64,000 nt of DNA from Octopus sinensis. Its lineage: Eukaryota. Shown here one piece after another: positions 14,085-25,542 of the stretch. A program made the translations under genes and the position numbers. The notes beneath the pieces were generated by a model. The model was not told the origin of the DNA and searched no databases. It saw only the letters and a program-made list of their open reading frames with translations. Location of the stretch: the NCBI RefSeq assembly GCF_006345805.1, contig NW_021835383.1, positions 6,633-70,632 of the forward strand, given 5' to 3'. Each line of letters starts with the position of its first letter. The first letter of the stretch is position 1.

Positions 14085-14406
14085 TTTCTTTTACTCTTTT
14101 ATTTGCTTCTGTCATTTGACTGCGGCCATGCTGAAGCACCGCCTTTAGTCGAGCAAATCGACCGCAGAGCCTATTATTTGTAAGCCTAGTACTTATTTTA
14201 CCGGTCTGTTTTGCCGAACAGCTAGGTTACGAGGATGTAAGCACGCCAACATCAGTTGTCAAGCAGTGATGGGGGACAACACACACACACACACACACGC
14301 TTATTCTATCGGTCCCTTTTGCCGAACTGCTAAGTTACGGTGACGTAAACACACCAGCATCGGTTGTCAAGCGATGTTGGGGGGACAAACACAGACACAC
14401 AAGCAT

Positions 14407-14439
<33 letters not shown>

Positions 14440-14620
14440 TATATATATATATATACGACGGGCTTCTTTTCAGTTTCCGTCTACCAAATCCACTCAGAAG
14501 GCTTTGGTCGGCCCGAAGCTATAGTAGAAGACCCTTGTCCAAGGCGTCACGCAGTGGGACTGAACCTGGAACCATGTAGTTCGTAAGCAAGCTAGTTACC
14601 ACACAGACACTCCTACGCCT
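14085..14620 (-). mobile_element. SINE family B with a partial tandem duplication of the 3' module
   Basis: Two successive cttatt(c/t)tat/accggtc...gccgaac segments (~14190 and ~14300). Confidence 0.85.
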
Positions 14621-16449
14621 ATCTACATAAACCGCAAAATAATCAGTAAAACATTATATACATTAATTAGTGCTACTATTAATTACATCAAACGGTAACA
14701 ACGCACCTCATGTCCCAATAACAACCACAAATATTATATGCACACACGCTGTAGAATCAAGCAAACGTCTTTATGTGTTAAAATCTTTGAAAATTCAACA
14801 CCAAACACTACATAAAAACATAAATATAAGTTTAAAATAAAATACGTATCTTGCACATAATGTCGAACAAAAATATATATTGTATCCATTATGGATTATT
14901 GCAGTAGTATTAGTCATAACCAATCTTGCAATAATCTATCAGAATAAAGTAGCTATTACTAAAAACAGTTCACATAGTAACATGGTGTATCCAACCACAC
15001 TCCCAGCCCTCTTTCACCACATATACATACACACAGACACACACACACAAGCACGCGGAGACAGACACATACATACGTACACACACACACGTACATGAAA
15101 ATAAAAGAAGAGATGAACACGTGAGGGGCACAATTTGTTACCGAAATACTTTTCAACTACCACAATCCTTGTCATGAGCCTGAGATGCTTCGGTACGATC
15201 GTATTTGACATCGCTGATGTGACGATGACTTATTTGACATTGTTGATGTGATGATGACTTATTTGACACTAGATGTTTTAATGTTTCTCTCGTTCTAATA
15301 TATCTCTTTCTCTCTCTGTTTCTGTTTCACTTTTCACACCTGTATATCGATATTTCTGCCTGTGCGCACACCTGTGTTGTTTACCTCCAGTGTTAAAATG
15401 TACGGTCCCCAAAACAAGTTTAATCTTCAGCGAGGCAGTGCCAAATCGCATGCGTCTAAACAGCTGCGCCCAGTCGCTTCAGCTCGCCTTGTCACTATAT
15501 GTAGAACCACATCCTAATATCTGGTTATTGATTGCTTCTTTCGTTTATTGGTAGTGTTGTTGTTACATGTGTTGTTTTTGTTTGTTTCTTTTTTCCGTTT
15601 AACCCAACGTCGGCCCCTGAAAAGAGAAAACTCAAAAGTAGAATTATTGGGATCGATGGCTGTAACCCCGACTGAGATCAACGACAAAGTCGCATGGCAC
15701 TATGGTCTGGAGACATTATGTTTCTTAGGATGACAAGAATAAAAGAAAAAATGTATTTCGTTTAAGAAAATATAAAGAAGAAAAACAGAGCCAATATTTG
15801 AGAAAAAAGAGAATAAGAAAATGGGAAAAGGAAAGACATAAAAAATCAGCATAAAGATACAGAGAGAGAGAGGGGGGAGGAGCGCAAAAGAAAAGGTGAG
15901 ATATATAGGGAGATGTGAAAAAGGGTGCTAAAAATATAAAGAGACTCGATGAATGTTGTAGGGTATTTTTAATATGATAAATCGCCTGGCGAGAAAATAG
16001 TTTTAACATTGCTGTCTGTCAATATAATAGATAATGTGTCATTAAAGCTGAGCGTAATTATTATTATACACATCACTGTCAATGTACACAATGTCTATAA
16101 TTTATAGCGATAATATGTTCGCTTAAGGAAGGTCACACGCAAATACGAGACATTTTATTTCATGAAATACCGTCTTGTTTATTTGAGGAGTTGCTTCAAC
16201 AGTAAGTTATATATCTTTAATTATATACCGTTATCTCGACGTTGTCTACCACGTCTGTCGTATTTCATCGTAGTGAAACAGGTTCGGATATATAACGGAA
16301 ATGCCAGAACGTCGAATGGTTATTTATTATTATTATTATTATTATTATCATTTTTATTATTATTACTTTTTTTTCTTCTTTCAAATTTGCTTCCATTTCT
16401 TGCCGAGTGTCATCCCGACTCCTAGGGCAAAGAAACTCATAGTTTACAT

Positions 16450-16485
16450 TGGTAGGCCATTAAACCAAACTCAATAGTTCGTTCA

Positions 16486-16576
<91 letters not shown>

Positions 16577-16589
16577 GTTATTATATTAC

Positions 16590-16625
<36 letters not shown>

Positions 16626-16787
16626 TATTATTATATTATTATTATTATTATTATTATTGTTGTTGTTGTTATTGTTATTATTATATTATTATTATTATTA
16701 TTACTATTATTATTATTATTGTTATTATTATTACTATTATTATTATTATTATTGCTATCATTATTATTATTATTGTTGTTGTTGTTA

Positions 16788-16827
<40 letters not shown>

Positions 16828-16897
16828 ATTATTATTATTGTTATTATTATTACTATTATTATTATTATTATTGCTATCATTATTATTATTATTGTTG

Positions 16898-16949
<52 letters not shown>

Positions 16950-17023
16950 TATTATTATTATTGTTATTATTATTACTATTATTATTATTATTGCTATCAT
17001 TATTATTATTATTGTTGTTGTTG

Positions 17024-17075
<52 letters not shown>

Positions 17076-17090
17076 TATTATTGTTATTAT
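16450..17090. repeat. Long (TTA)n array with ~115-bp higher-order duplications
   Basis: Variant block attgctatcattatt...gttgttgtt recurs at ~16750, ~16870 and ~16990. Confidence 0.92.
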
Positions 17091-17094
17091 TAAG

Positions 17095-17420
17095 GCGGCG
17101 AGCTGGGAGAATCGTTAGCACGCTGGACGAAGTGCTTAGCGCTGTTTCGCTCGTCCTTACGTTCTGAGTTCAAATTCCGCCGAGGTCGACTTTATCTTTC
17201 ATCCTTTCGGGTTCGATAAATTAAGTACCAGTGAAACACTGGGGTCGATGTAATCGACTAAACCCCCTCCTCCAAATTTCGGGCCTTGTGCATATAGTAG
17301 AAATTACTAAGGCAGCGGGTTGATAAAATCGTTAACATACCGGGCGAAATGCTTTGCGGCATTTCATCCTTCCTTACCCCTTGAGTTCAAATGCAACCGC
17401 AGTCAACTGTGCATTTCATC
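17095..17420 (+). mobile_element. SINE family A plus an adjacent decayed copy
   Basis: ggcgagctgggagaatcgttagcacg...gagttcaaattccgccgaggtcgac; decayed copy from ~17310. Confidence 0.85.
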
Positions 17421-17696
17421 TTTACGGGCTCGAAAATTTAGTTGCTGAACATAGCCCAGCGTGCTAACGAGTTTGTTAGCTCACCGCCTTCTATTACGAT
17501 AATAATCATTTCTAATTTAAGTTCAAAACCAACAATATTGAGGGAGGAGTTTTGTCGTTATCATCGCTATCAGCACTTAAAGGACGTAAATTAAAGTTGA
17601 CGTCGAGAGAATTTGAAATCAGAACGTAAAAGCCAAAAACAAAGTATTTTTTCCGACGCTCTAACAACTCTGCTAATGCGACGCCTATAATAACAA

Positions 17697-17727
<31 letters not shown>

Positions 17728-17799
17728 CATACATACATACATACAAACATACACACACACATACATACATACATACATACATACACACTTAAAAATGTT

Positions 17800-18142
17800 A
17801 AAGGGTAAAGAGTGAAGACCCCCTTCCCCTTTAGGTCAAGAATGACCATGGGATTGCACCTAGAATGCTCCCTTCCGAGGTAGACGCCCGGCAAGCTTGT
17901 TTATGGAAGACCAGTAGTCGCCCTTGACATACTATCCTCCTCTCTCCAAGCCACCGATGTTACCCAAGGGAAAGACAAAAGCCGATACAGCTTGGCACCA
18001 GTGATGTCGCAACTCATTTCTACAGCTGAGCGAACTAGAGCAACACGAAAATAAAGTGTCTTGCTCAAGAACACAACACACAGCCCGGTCCTGGAATCGA
18101 ACTCACTAACTCATGATTGTGAGCCTGATGCTCTATCCATTG
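17800..18142 (-). mobile_element. tRNA-derived SINE (family C head, distinct 3' tail)
   Basis: Minus strand has gagttcgattccagg...gttgtgttcttgagcaagacac. The tail is homologous to 53740-53940 (+). Confidence 0.8.
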
Positions 18143-18148
18143 TTCCAT

Positions 18149-18267
<119 letters not shown>

Positions 18268-18271
18268 AATA

Positions 18272-18313
<42 letters not shown>

Positions 18314-18866
18314 AGTTTAACAATTAAGGATAATCTCTTAATAAGGGATCTTAACAAGAAATTATCGGGTAGCTAGCGTGAAAACCTCATAAAAGAAAAG
18401 GACTTCGAAAATAATTTTTTTCTTTTGAACAAATTAATTATATCTATAAATTGTATAGAGGGCATTATTACACATAAATGCCTCACACTAGGAGGGACAA
18501 AGTCATACTACCAAATTATACTAATCATATCCAGTGTGAGGCATTTATGTGTAATAATGCCCTCTATACAATATAGATATAATTAATTGTTCAAAAGAAA
18601 AAAATTATTTTCGAAGGTCTTTTCTTTTATGAGGTTTTCACGCTAGCTACCCGAAATTTCTTGTTAAGATCCCTTATTAAGAGATTATCCTTAATTGTTT
18701 TTAACTATTCCGAAATACTTTTCATTACCCGACATGCAGTTCGTAAAAAGCCCGCCATTTACCGATATATGATTTATAAACATTCATGTGCTTGGCCGGA
18801 GTGAGCAGTTGTCTGTTCGTCTTCGCTACGTAAGGTTGGTAGTTTATTTATGATGTGTTCAGAATC

Positions 18867-18927
18867 AGTTCTGCTGACGATCATTAGACGTAAGTTGAAT
18901 GTGAAATCACGGTGATGATACAGAACT
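18867..18927 (+). ncRNA. Type I hammerhead ribozyme, unit 1 (stem III +GAT variant)
   Basis: AGTTCTG-CTGACGA-TCATT..AATGT-GAAA-TCA cggtga TGA-TA-CAGAACT. Confidence 0.85.
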
Positions 18928-19347
18928 AAATTCATTTTTTTAATGTCTTGCTTTGAAAAACTGCATTTGGGTATGATTAGTATAATTTTGGTAGTAATGA
19001 CTTTGTCCCTCCTAGTGTGAGGCATTTATGTGTAATAATGCCCTCTATACAATATAGATATAATTAATTTGTTCAAAAGAAAAAAATTATTTTCGAAGTC
19101 TTTTCTTTTATGAGGTTTTCACGCTAGCTACCCGATAATTTCTTGTTAAGATCCCTTATTAAGAGATTATCCTTAATTGTTAAACTTATCCGAAATACTT
19201 TTCATTACCCGACATGCAGTTCGTAAAAAAAGCCGCCATTTACCGGATATATGATTTATAAACATTCATGTGCTTGGCCGGAGTGAGCAGTTGTCTGTTC
19301 GTCTTCGCTACGTAGGTTGGTAGTTTATTTATGATGTGTTCAGAATC

Positions 19348-19408
19348 AGTTCTGCTGACGATCATTAGACGTAAGTTGAATGTGAAATCACGGTGATGAT
19401 ACAGAACT
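19348..19408 (+). ncRNA. Type I hammerhead ribozyme, unit 2 (stem III +GAT variant)
   Basis: Same fold as unit 1. Confidence 0.85.
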
Positions 19409-19831
19409 AAATTCATTTTTTTAAATGTCTTGCTTTGAAAAACTGCATTTGGGTAGATTAGTATAATTTGGTTGGTAGTAATGACTTTGTCCCTCCTAGT
19501 GTGAGGCATTTATGTGTAATAATGCCCTCTATACAATATAGATATAATTAATTTGTTCAAAAGAAAAAAATTATTTTGGAAGTCTTTTCTTTTATGAGGT
19601 TTTCACGCTAGGCTACCCGATAATTTCTTGTTAAGATCCCTTATTAAGAGATTATCCTTAATTGTTAAACTTATTCGAAATACTTTTCATACCCGACATG
19701 CAGTTCGTTAAAAAGCCCGCCATTTACCGGATATATGATTTATAAACATTCCATGTGCTTGGCCGGAGTGAGCAGTTGTCTGTTCGTCTTCGCTACGTAA
19801 GGTTGGTAGTTATTTATGATGTTTCAGAATC

Positions 19832-19888
19832 AGTTCTGCTGACGATCATAGACGTAAGTTGAATGTGAAATCACGGTGATACAGACCT
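19832..19888 (+). ncRNA. Type I hammerhead ribozyme, unit 3 (stem I mismatch, 1-nt stem II deletion)
   Basis: Core CTGACGA/GAAA/TA intact; CAGACCT replaces CAGAACT. Confidence 0.75.
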
Positions 19889-20306
19889 AATTCATTTTTT
19901 TAAATGTCTTGCTTTGAAAAACTGCATTTGGGTATGATTAGTATAATTTTGGTAGTAATGACTTTGTCCCTCCTAGTGTGAGGCATTTATGTGTAATAAT
20001 GCCCTCTATACAATATAGATATAATTAATTTGTTCAAAAGAAAAAAATTATTTTCGAAGTCTTTTCTTTTATGAGGTTTTCACGCTAGCTACCCGATAAT
20101 TTGTTAAGATCCCTTATTAAGAGATTATCCTTAATTGTTAAACTTATTCCGAAATACTTTTCATTACCCGACATTCAGTTCGTAAAAAGCCCGCCATTTA
20201 CCGGATATATGATTTATAAACATTCCATGTGCTTGGCGGAGTGAGCAGTTGTCTGTTCGTTTCGTACGTAAGGTTGGTTAGTTTTATTTATGATGTGTTC
20301 AGAATC

Positions 20307-20366
20307 AGTTCTGCTGACGATCATTAGACGTAAGTTGAATGTGAAATCACGTGTTGATACAGAACT
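20307..20366 (+). ncRNA. Type I hammerhead ribozyme, unit 4
   Basis: Core intact; stem III ATCA cgtgt TGAT. Confidence 0.8.
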
Positions 20367-20790
20367 AAATTCATTTTTTTAAATTTCTTGCTTTGAAAAA
20401 CTGCATTGGGGTATGATTAGTATAATTTTGGTAGTAATGACTTTGTCCCTCCTAGTGTGAGGCATTTATGTGTAATAATGCCCTCTATACAATATATATA
20501 TAATTAATTTGTTCAAAAGAAAAAAATTATTTTCGAAGTTTTTCTTTTATGAGGTTTTCACGCTAGCTACCGATAATTTCTTGTTAAGATCCTTATTAAG
20601 AGATTATCCTTAATGTTAAACTTATTCCGAAATACTTTTCATTACCCGACATGCAGTTCGTAAAAAGCCCGCCATTTACCGGATATATGATTTATAAACA
20701 TTCCATGTGCTTGGCCGGAGTGAGGTGAGCAGTGTCTGTTCGTCTTCGCTACGTAAGGTTGGTAGTTTATTTATGATGTGGTTCAGAATC

Positions 20791-20850
20791 AGTTCTGCTG
20801 ACGATCATTAGACGTAAGTTGAATGTGTGAAATCACGGTGATACAGAACT
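20791..20850 (+). ncRNA. Type I hammerhead ribozyme, unit 5 (extra GT before GAAA)
   Basis: Core intact; 2-nt insertion at the base of stem II. Confidence 0.72.
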
Positions 20851-21274
20851 AAATTCATTTTTTTAAATGTCTTGCTTTGAAAAACTGCATTTGGGTTATG
20901 ATTAGTATAATTTTGGTAGTAATGACTTTGTCCCTCCTAGTGGTGAGGCATTTATGTGTAATAATGCCCTCTATACAATATAGCTATATAATTAATTTGT
21001 TCAAAAGAAAAAAATTATTTTCGAAGTCTTTTCTTTTATGAGGTTTTCACGCTAGCTACCCGATAATTTCTTGTTAAGATCCCTTATTAAGAGATTATCC
21101 TTAATTGTTAAACTTATTCCGAAATACTTTTCATTACCACATGCAGTTCGTAAAAAGCCCGCCATTTACCGGATATATGATTTATAAACATTCCATGTGC
21201 TTGGCCGGAGTGAGCAGTTGTCTGTTCGTCTTCGCTACGTAAGGTTGGTAGTTATTTATGATGTGTTCAGAATC

Positions 21275-21332
21275 AGTTCTGCTGACGATCATTAGACGTA
21301 AGTTGAATGTGAAATCACGGTGATACAGAACT
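21275..21332 (+). ncRNA. Type I hammerhead ribozyme, unit 6 (consensus form)
   Basis: Stem I AGTTCTG/CAGAACT; CTGACGA at 21282-21288; stem II CATT/AATG plus GAC-GTAA-GTT; GAAA at 21311-21314; stem III ATCAC-G-GTGAT; predicted cleavage after A21325 (AUA). Confidence 0.88.
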
Positions 21333-21754
21333 AAATTCATTTTTTTAAATGTCTTGCTTTGAAAAACTGCATTTGGGTATGATTAGTATAATTTTGGTAG
21401 TAATGACTTTGTCCCTCCTAGTGTGAGGCATTTATGTGTAATAATGCCCTCTATACAATATAGATATAATTAATTTGTTCAAAAGAAAAAAATTATTTTC
21501 GAAGTCTTTTCTTTTATGAGGTTTTCACGCTAGCTACCCGATAATTTCTTGTTAAGATCCCTTATTAAGAGATTATCCTTAATTGTTAAACTTATTCCGA
21601 AATACTTTTCATTACCCGACATGCAGTTCGTAAAAAGCCCGCCATTTACCGGATATATGATTTATAAACATTCCATGTGCTTGGCCGGAGTGAGCAGTTG
21701 TCTGTTCGTCTTCGCTACGTAAGGTTGGTAGTTATTTATGATGTGTTCAGAATC

Positions 21755-21812
21755 AGTTCTGCTGACGATCATTAGACGTAAGTTGAATGTGAAATCACGG
21801 TGATACAGAACT
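21755..21812 (+). ncRNA. Type I hammerhead ribozyme, unit 7 (consensus form)
   Basis: Identical to unit 6. Confidence 0.88.
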
Positions 21813-22232
21813 AAATTCATTTTTGTAAATGTCTTGCTTTGAAAAACTGCATTTGGGTATGATTAGTATAATTTGGGTAGTAATGACTTTGTCCCTCCTA
21901 GTGTGAGGCATTTATGTGTAATAATGCCCTCTATACAATATAGATATAATTAATTTGTTCAAAAGAAAAAAATTATTTTCGAAGTCTTTTCTTTTATGAG
22001 GTTTTCACGCTAGCTACCCGATAATTTCTTGTTAAGATCCCTTATTAAGAGATTATCCTTAATTGTTAAACTTATTCGAAATACTTTTCATTACCCGACA
22101 TGCAGTTCGTAAAAAGCCCGCCATTTACCGGATATATGATTTATAAACATCCATGTGCTTGGCCGGAGTGAGCATTGTCTGTTCGTCTTCGCTACGTAAG
22201 GTTGGTAGTTTATTTATGATGTGTTCAGAATC

Positions 22233-22290
22233 AGTTCTGCTGACGATCATTAGACGTAAGTTGAATGTGAAATCACGGTGATACAGAACT
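22233..22290 (+). ncRNA. Type I hammerhead ribozyme, unit 8 (consensus form)
   Basis: Identical to unit 6. Confidence 0.88.
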
Positions 22291-22510
22291 AAATTCATTT
22301 TTTTAAATGTCTTGCTTTGAAAAACTCTGCATTAGGGTATGATTAGTATAATTTTGGTAGTAATGACTTTGTCCCTCCTAGTGTGAGGCATTTATGTGTA
22401 ATAATGCCCTCTATACAATATATATATATATATATATATACATACAATCACACACACCACATATATATATTATATGATGAAAGTATATATACTGATAGAG
22501 AAGTAAGTCC

Positions 22511-22591
22511 GGAGTCTGCCGAAGACGGGCCAGTCCTTACTAATAAGGAAGCGGAAATTGCCGAAACTGACTGTCAGTATAAGGAATTCTC
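22511..22591 (+). ncRNA. Hammerhead-like motif, unrelated to the array, with a U4C core change
   Basis: CCGAAGA (22519-22525)...GCC-GAAA-CTGAC-T-GTCAG-TA; palindromic stem III, GUA site; weak stem I. Confidence 0.55.
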
Positions 22592-22642
22592 GAATATGTA
22601 ATATAATGTATACATTTATATATTATATATAATATATATATA

Positions 22643-22673
<31 letters not shown>

Positions 22674-22699
22674 ATAATATATATAATATATATATATAT

Positions 22700-22964
22700 A
22701 CTATATGTATTATGTATATAGAGTTAGTTCAAATAAAACATTAAAAACAAAACTGGGAGAAAGCGAAAAACATAAGAAGTAAACGAACGTGAGAATGTTC
22801 ACAAGAAATATTGTAATTAGACGCTCGATGAAGGGAGATAACTGTTTTTAATGTTTTGAGCTTAGCACTTCATCGGAAACAAAAATGTCCAAAGAGAAAG
22901 AAGGAAAAATATAGGAAAATCACCGCCAGCCCACGTGCGGTTACATTTCTGATGTGACCGAAAG

Positions 22965-22965
<1 letters not shown>
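22700..22965 (-). mobile_element. (TA)n-flanked Penelope-terminus-like segment with a decayed minimal HHR (~22842-22880)
   Basis: Minus strand CCGATGA-A-GTGC-TAA-GCTC-AAAACATT; resembles the 60541-60578 motif with CpG-type decay. Confidence 0.45.
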
Positions 22966-22998
<33 letters not shown>

Positions 22999-23069
22999 CA
23001 CCCACATACACACTATTATATACATATATGTAGATGTATGTGTATATATATGTATTATATATACATGCA

Positions 23070-23103
<34 letters not shown>

Positions 23104-23171
23104 CATACATACACACACGCTCACACACACACATACACACACACACACACACACACCACATATATGTATAT

Positions 23172-23327
23172 GAGTGGCTATGTGGTAAGTAGCTTGCTTA
23201 CCAACCAAATGGTTCTGGTTCAGTCCCACTGCGTAGCACCTTGGGCAAGTATCTTCTATAGCCTCGGGCCGACCAAAGCCTTGTGAGTGGATTTGGTAGA
23301 CAGAAACTGAAAGAAGCTCGTCGTATC

Positions 23328-23370
<43 letters not shown>

Positions 23371-23580
23371 ATGTGTGTATGCTTATGTGTCTGTGTTTGT
23401 CCCCCAACATCGCTTGACAACCGATGCTGGTGTGTTTACGTCCCCGTAACTTAGCGGTTCATTATGAGAGACCGATAGAATAAGTACTAGGCTTACAAAG
23501 AATAACTCCTGGGTTCGATTGGCTCGGACTAAAGGCGGCGCTCCAGCATGGCCGCAGTCAAATGATTGAAACAAAAGAAA
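23172..23580 (+). mobile_element. SINE family B
   Basis: gagtggctatgtggtaagtagcttgcttacc...caccttgggcaag...ggcggcgctccagcatggccgcagtc. Confidence 0.9.
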
Positions 23581-23717
23581 TACACGGATGTATATATATC
23601 TATATACATATTGCATGTGCATATATACATATGAATGTGTATATATATATATATATATATTATACGCATGTGTATATGTATATGCGTGTGTATATATACG
23701 CATGTATATATGTGTGC

Positions 23718-23760
<43 letters not shown>

Positions 23761-25143
23761 TATATATATATATATATATTACATATATACATATATATAT
23801 ATATACATATACATTAAATTGAGCCCTAACATACATAATATAGCAAGTATGAAGTCAAGAAGCGTTAACTGATTAATTTTAGAGCAATTGTGTGAAGAAC
23901 TAATTATGCTAATGACTAAGGCTCTTGAAAAAAGACAAGGGAGACAACCAATCACCGGAATTTAAATTAATTAAAAATGAACTATATATGTATGTTTCTT
24001 TGCATGTGCGCATTCCTGCATGTTTGCACGCGCGCGTGTGTATATGTGTTCGTGTGTTTTATCTTCCGCTGTCTCAAGTACCGTAGGCTAGACTGCATTT
24101 AAGTATCGAGAATGACGAAGTTATAGAGAAAACAAAAATACCTCTTCAATAATGAAGGAAAAATTATTTCAATTTGGGTGTGTCGGCCAGTATCTCAAGT
24201 ATTTAAAGTAAAAATACTTTCGTGTATGTTTGCTTTTACACATATACACTTACATACATTCACTCAAACACACTCTCACAAACGCATACGCACACAGAAG
24301 CACGTACATATACACATATATATGCGTGTATCAGTCTTCTTACATGCAAGTATGCATCTATCTAAGCATTTAACGAATGACGTCGTCCCTCTTGCCAAAC
24401 GCATAAAATTATAATATGGCCTGTTACTTGAGATTGTTAGTAAGATTATACAATAATATATTCATAGTGGAGAGAATTTTATTAGTTACGTAATCCCATG
24501 GAACTTTATCGTGCGACAATAAAAATATGTTGATCAGTTAAGGCCATAGCTAAACCGGAAGTAAGTAATCCACCATTTGCATTTTGGTAGCATATGAAAA
24601 TGCTGACTGATATTCTGAGTTTGAAATAAGGGATAAAATCGATAACCTACTCTACTGCGAGAGAAAAGACAAGAAGTATTGAAATAATGCTTAATGTCCA
24701 TATTAATTTGCTTCTTACTCCAAACTGGGTCGTATTTTGTGTCTGTCTAACGACTCTGTTCAGACTGGTCTAGGAACCAGTTCATGGACTTAGTAAATAA
24801 TTCATAATATGTAATTATACATTAGAAATTCTTATGTATTTATTTTGTTATCTTGTATCATGCATGTTGTGAACAATAGAGTCGTTGGTTTAAAGGCTTC
24901 TATCAGGCTAAACAATGATTAACCGAATTTCTGAAGGTGAGTATGACATGAGACCGTTTGTGCAATTTGGACAGAAAAAAAATATCACAATATTATTTTT
25001 GTTCGCCGCATGAATTTATTAGTAAATTTTCTCGCCAACATGTAGATTTTTTTCACACCGCACGGGTATAACACACACGACTCTCTCTCTCTGTATATAT
25101 ATACATTATATATATGTATATATACATATATATATGTATATAT

Positions 25144-25196
<53 letters not shown>

Positions 25197-25218
25197 TATA
25201 TATATATGTATATATATG

Positions 25219-25321
<103 letters not shown>

Positions 25322-25445
25322 CATTGTTTGTTTGTACTCCACCTGCCTTAGTCTTTTGTTTATTTTCGTAAACCTTCCCGTTATATATATTATTATATAT
25401 ATATATATAATATATACTTTATTTTAAGCAGCAGAAAATTCAACA

Positions 25446-25490
25446 AAATCTGTTACTCTGAGTTTCTCGTTGCCATTCATCAGACAGTTT
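25446..25490 (-). ncRNA. Minimal type I hammerhead ribozyme (mirror copy, left arm)
   Basis: Minus strand AAACTGT-CTGATGA-ATGGCAACGA-GAAA-CTCAGAG-TA-ACAGATTT. Confidence 0.7.
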
Positions 25491-25497
25491 TTGTTAG

Positions 25498-25542
25498 AAA
25501 CTGTCTGATGAACGACAACGAGAAACTCAGAGTAACAGATTT
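25498..25542 (+). ncRNA. Minimal type I hammerhead ribozyme (right arm of the palindrome)
   Basis: AAACTGT-CTGATGA-ACGACAACGA-GAAA-CTC-A-GAG-TA-ACAGATTT; stem III ACTC-A-GAGT, GUA site at 25532-25534. Confidence 0.75.

Larger units (their letters stand above)
18311..22422 (+). repeat. Tandem array of 8 x ~480-bp units (477-485 bp) with an inverted 5' partial unit, flanked by (TA)n; putative non-LTR retrozyme
   Basis: Unit marker gtgtgaggc (tggtgagg variant at 20940) at 18534, 19015, 19499, 19976, 20455, 20940, 21421, 21901 and 22381. 18311-18532 is the reverse complement of unit sequence. One HHR fold per unit. Confidence 0.95.

Noticed and set aside
16575-17167. Poly-Leu/Tyr/Ile/Asn ORFs in several frames
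   Set aside because: Pure (TTA)n repeat; the same applies to the many YI/CV/HT-rich ORFs across the window.
18774-19509. Repeated 83-89-aa minus-strand ORFs in the array
   Set aside because: No domain motif, and frames are broken by indels between units; the unit behaves as non-coding RNA.
18533-22422. CRISPR array interpretation
   Set aside because: Whole 480-bp units repeat with no unique spacers, no cas genes and a eukaryotic context.
24880-24936. Possible host exon (AG...GAAG|GTGAGT)
   Set aside because: Good donor site, but no polypyrimidine tract, no recognisable coding content and no partner exons; RNA-seq would be needed.
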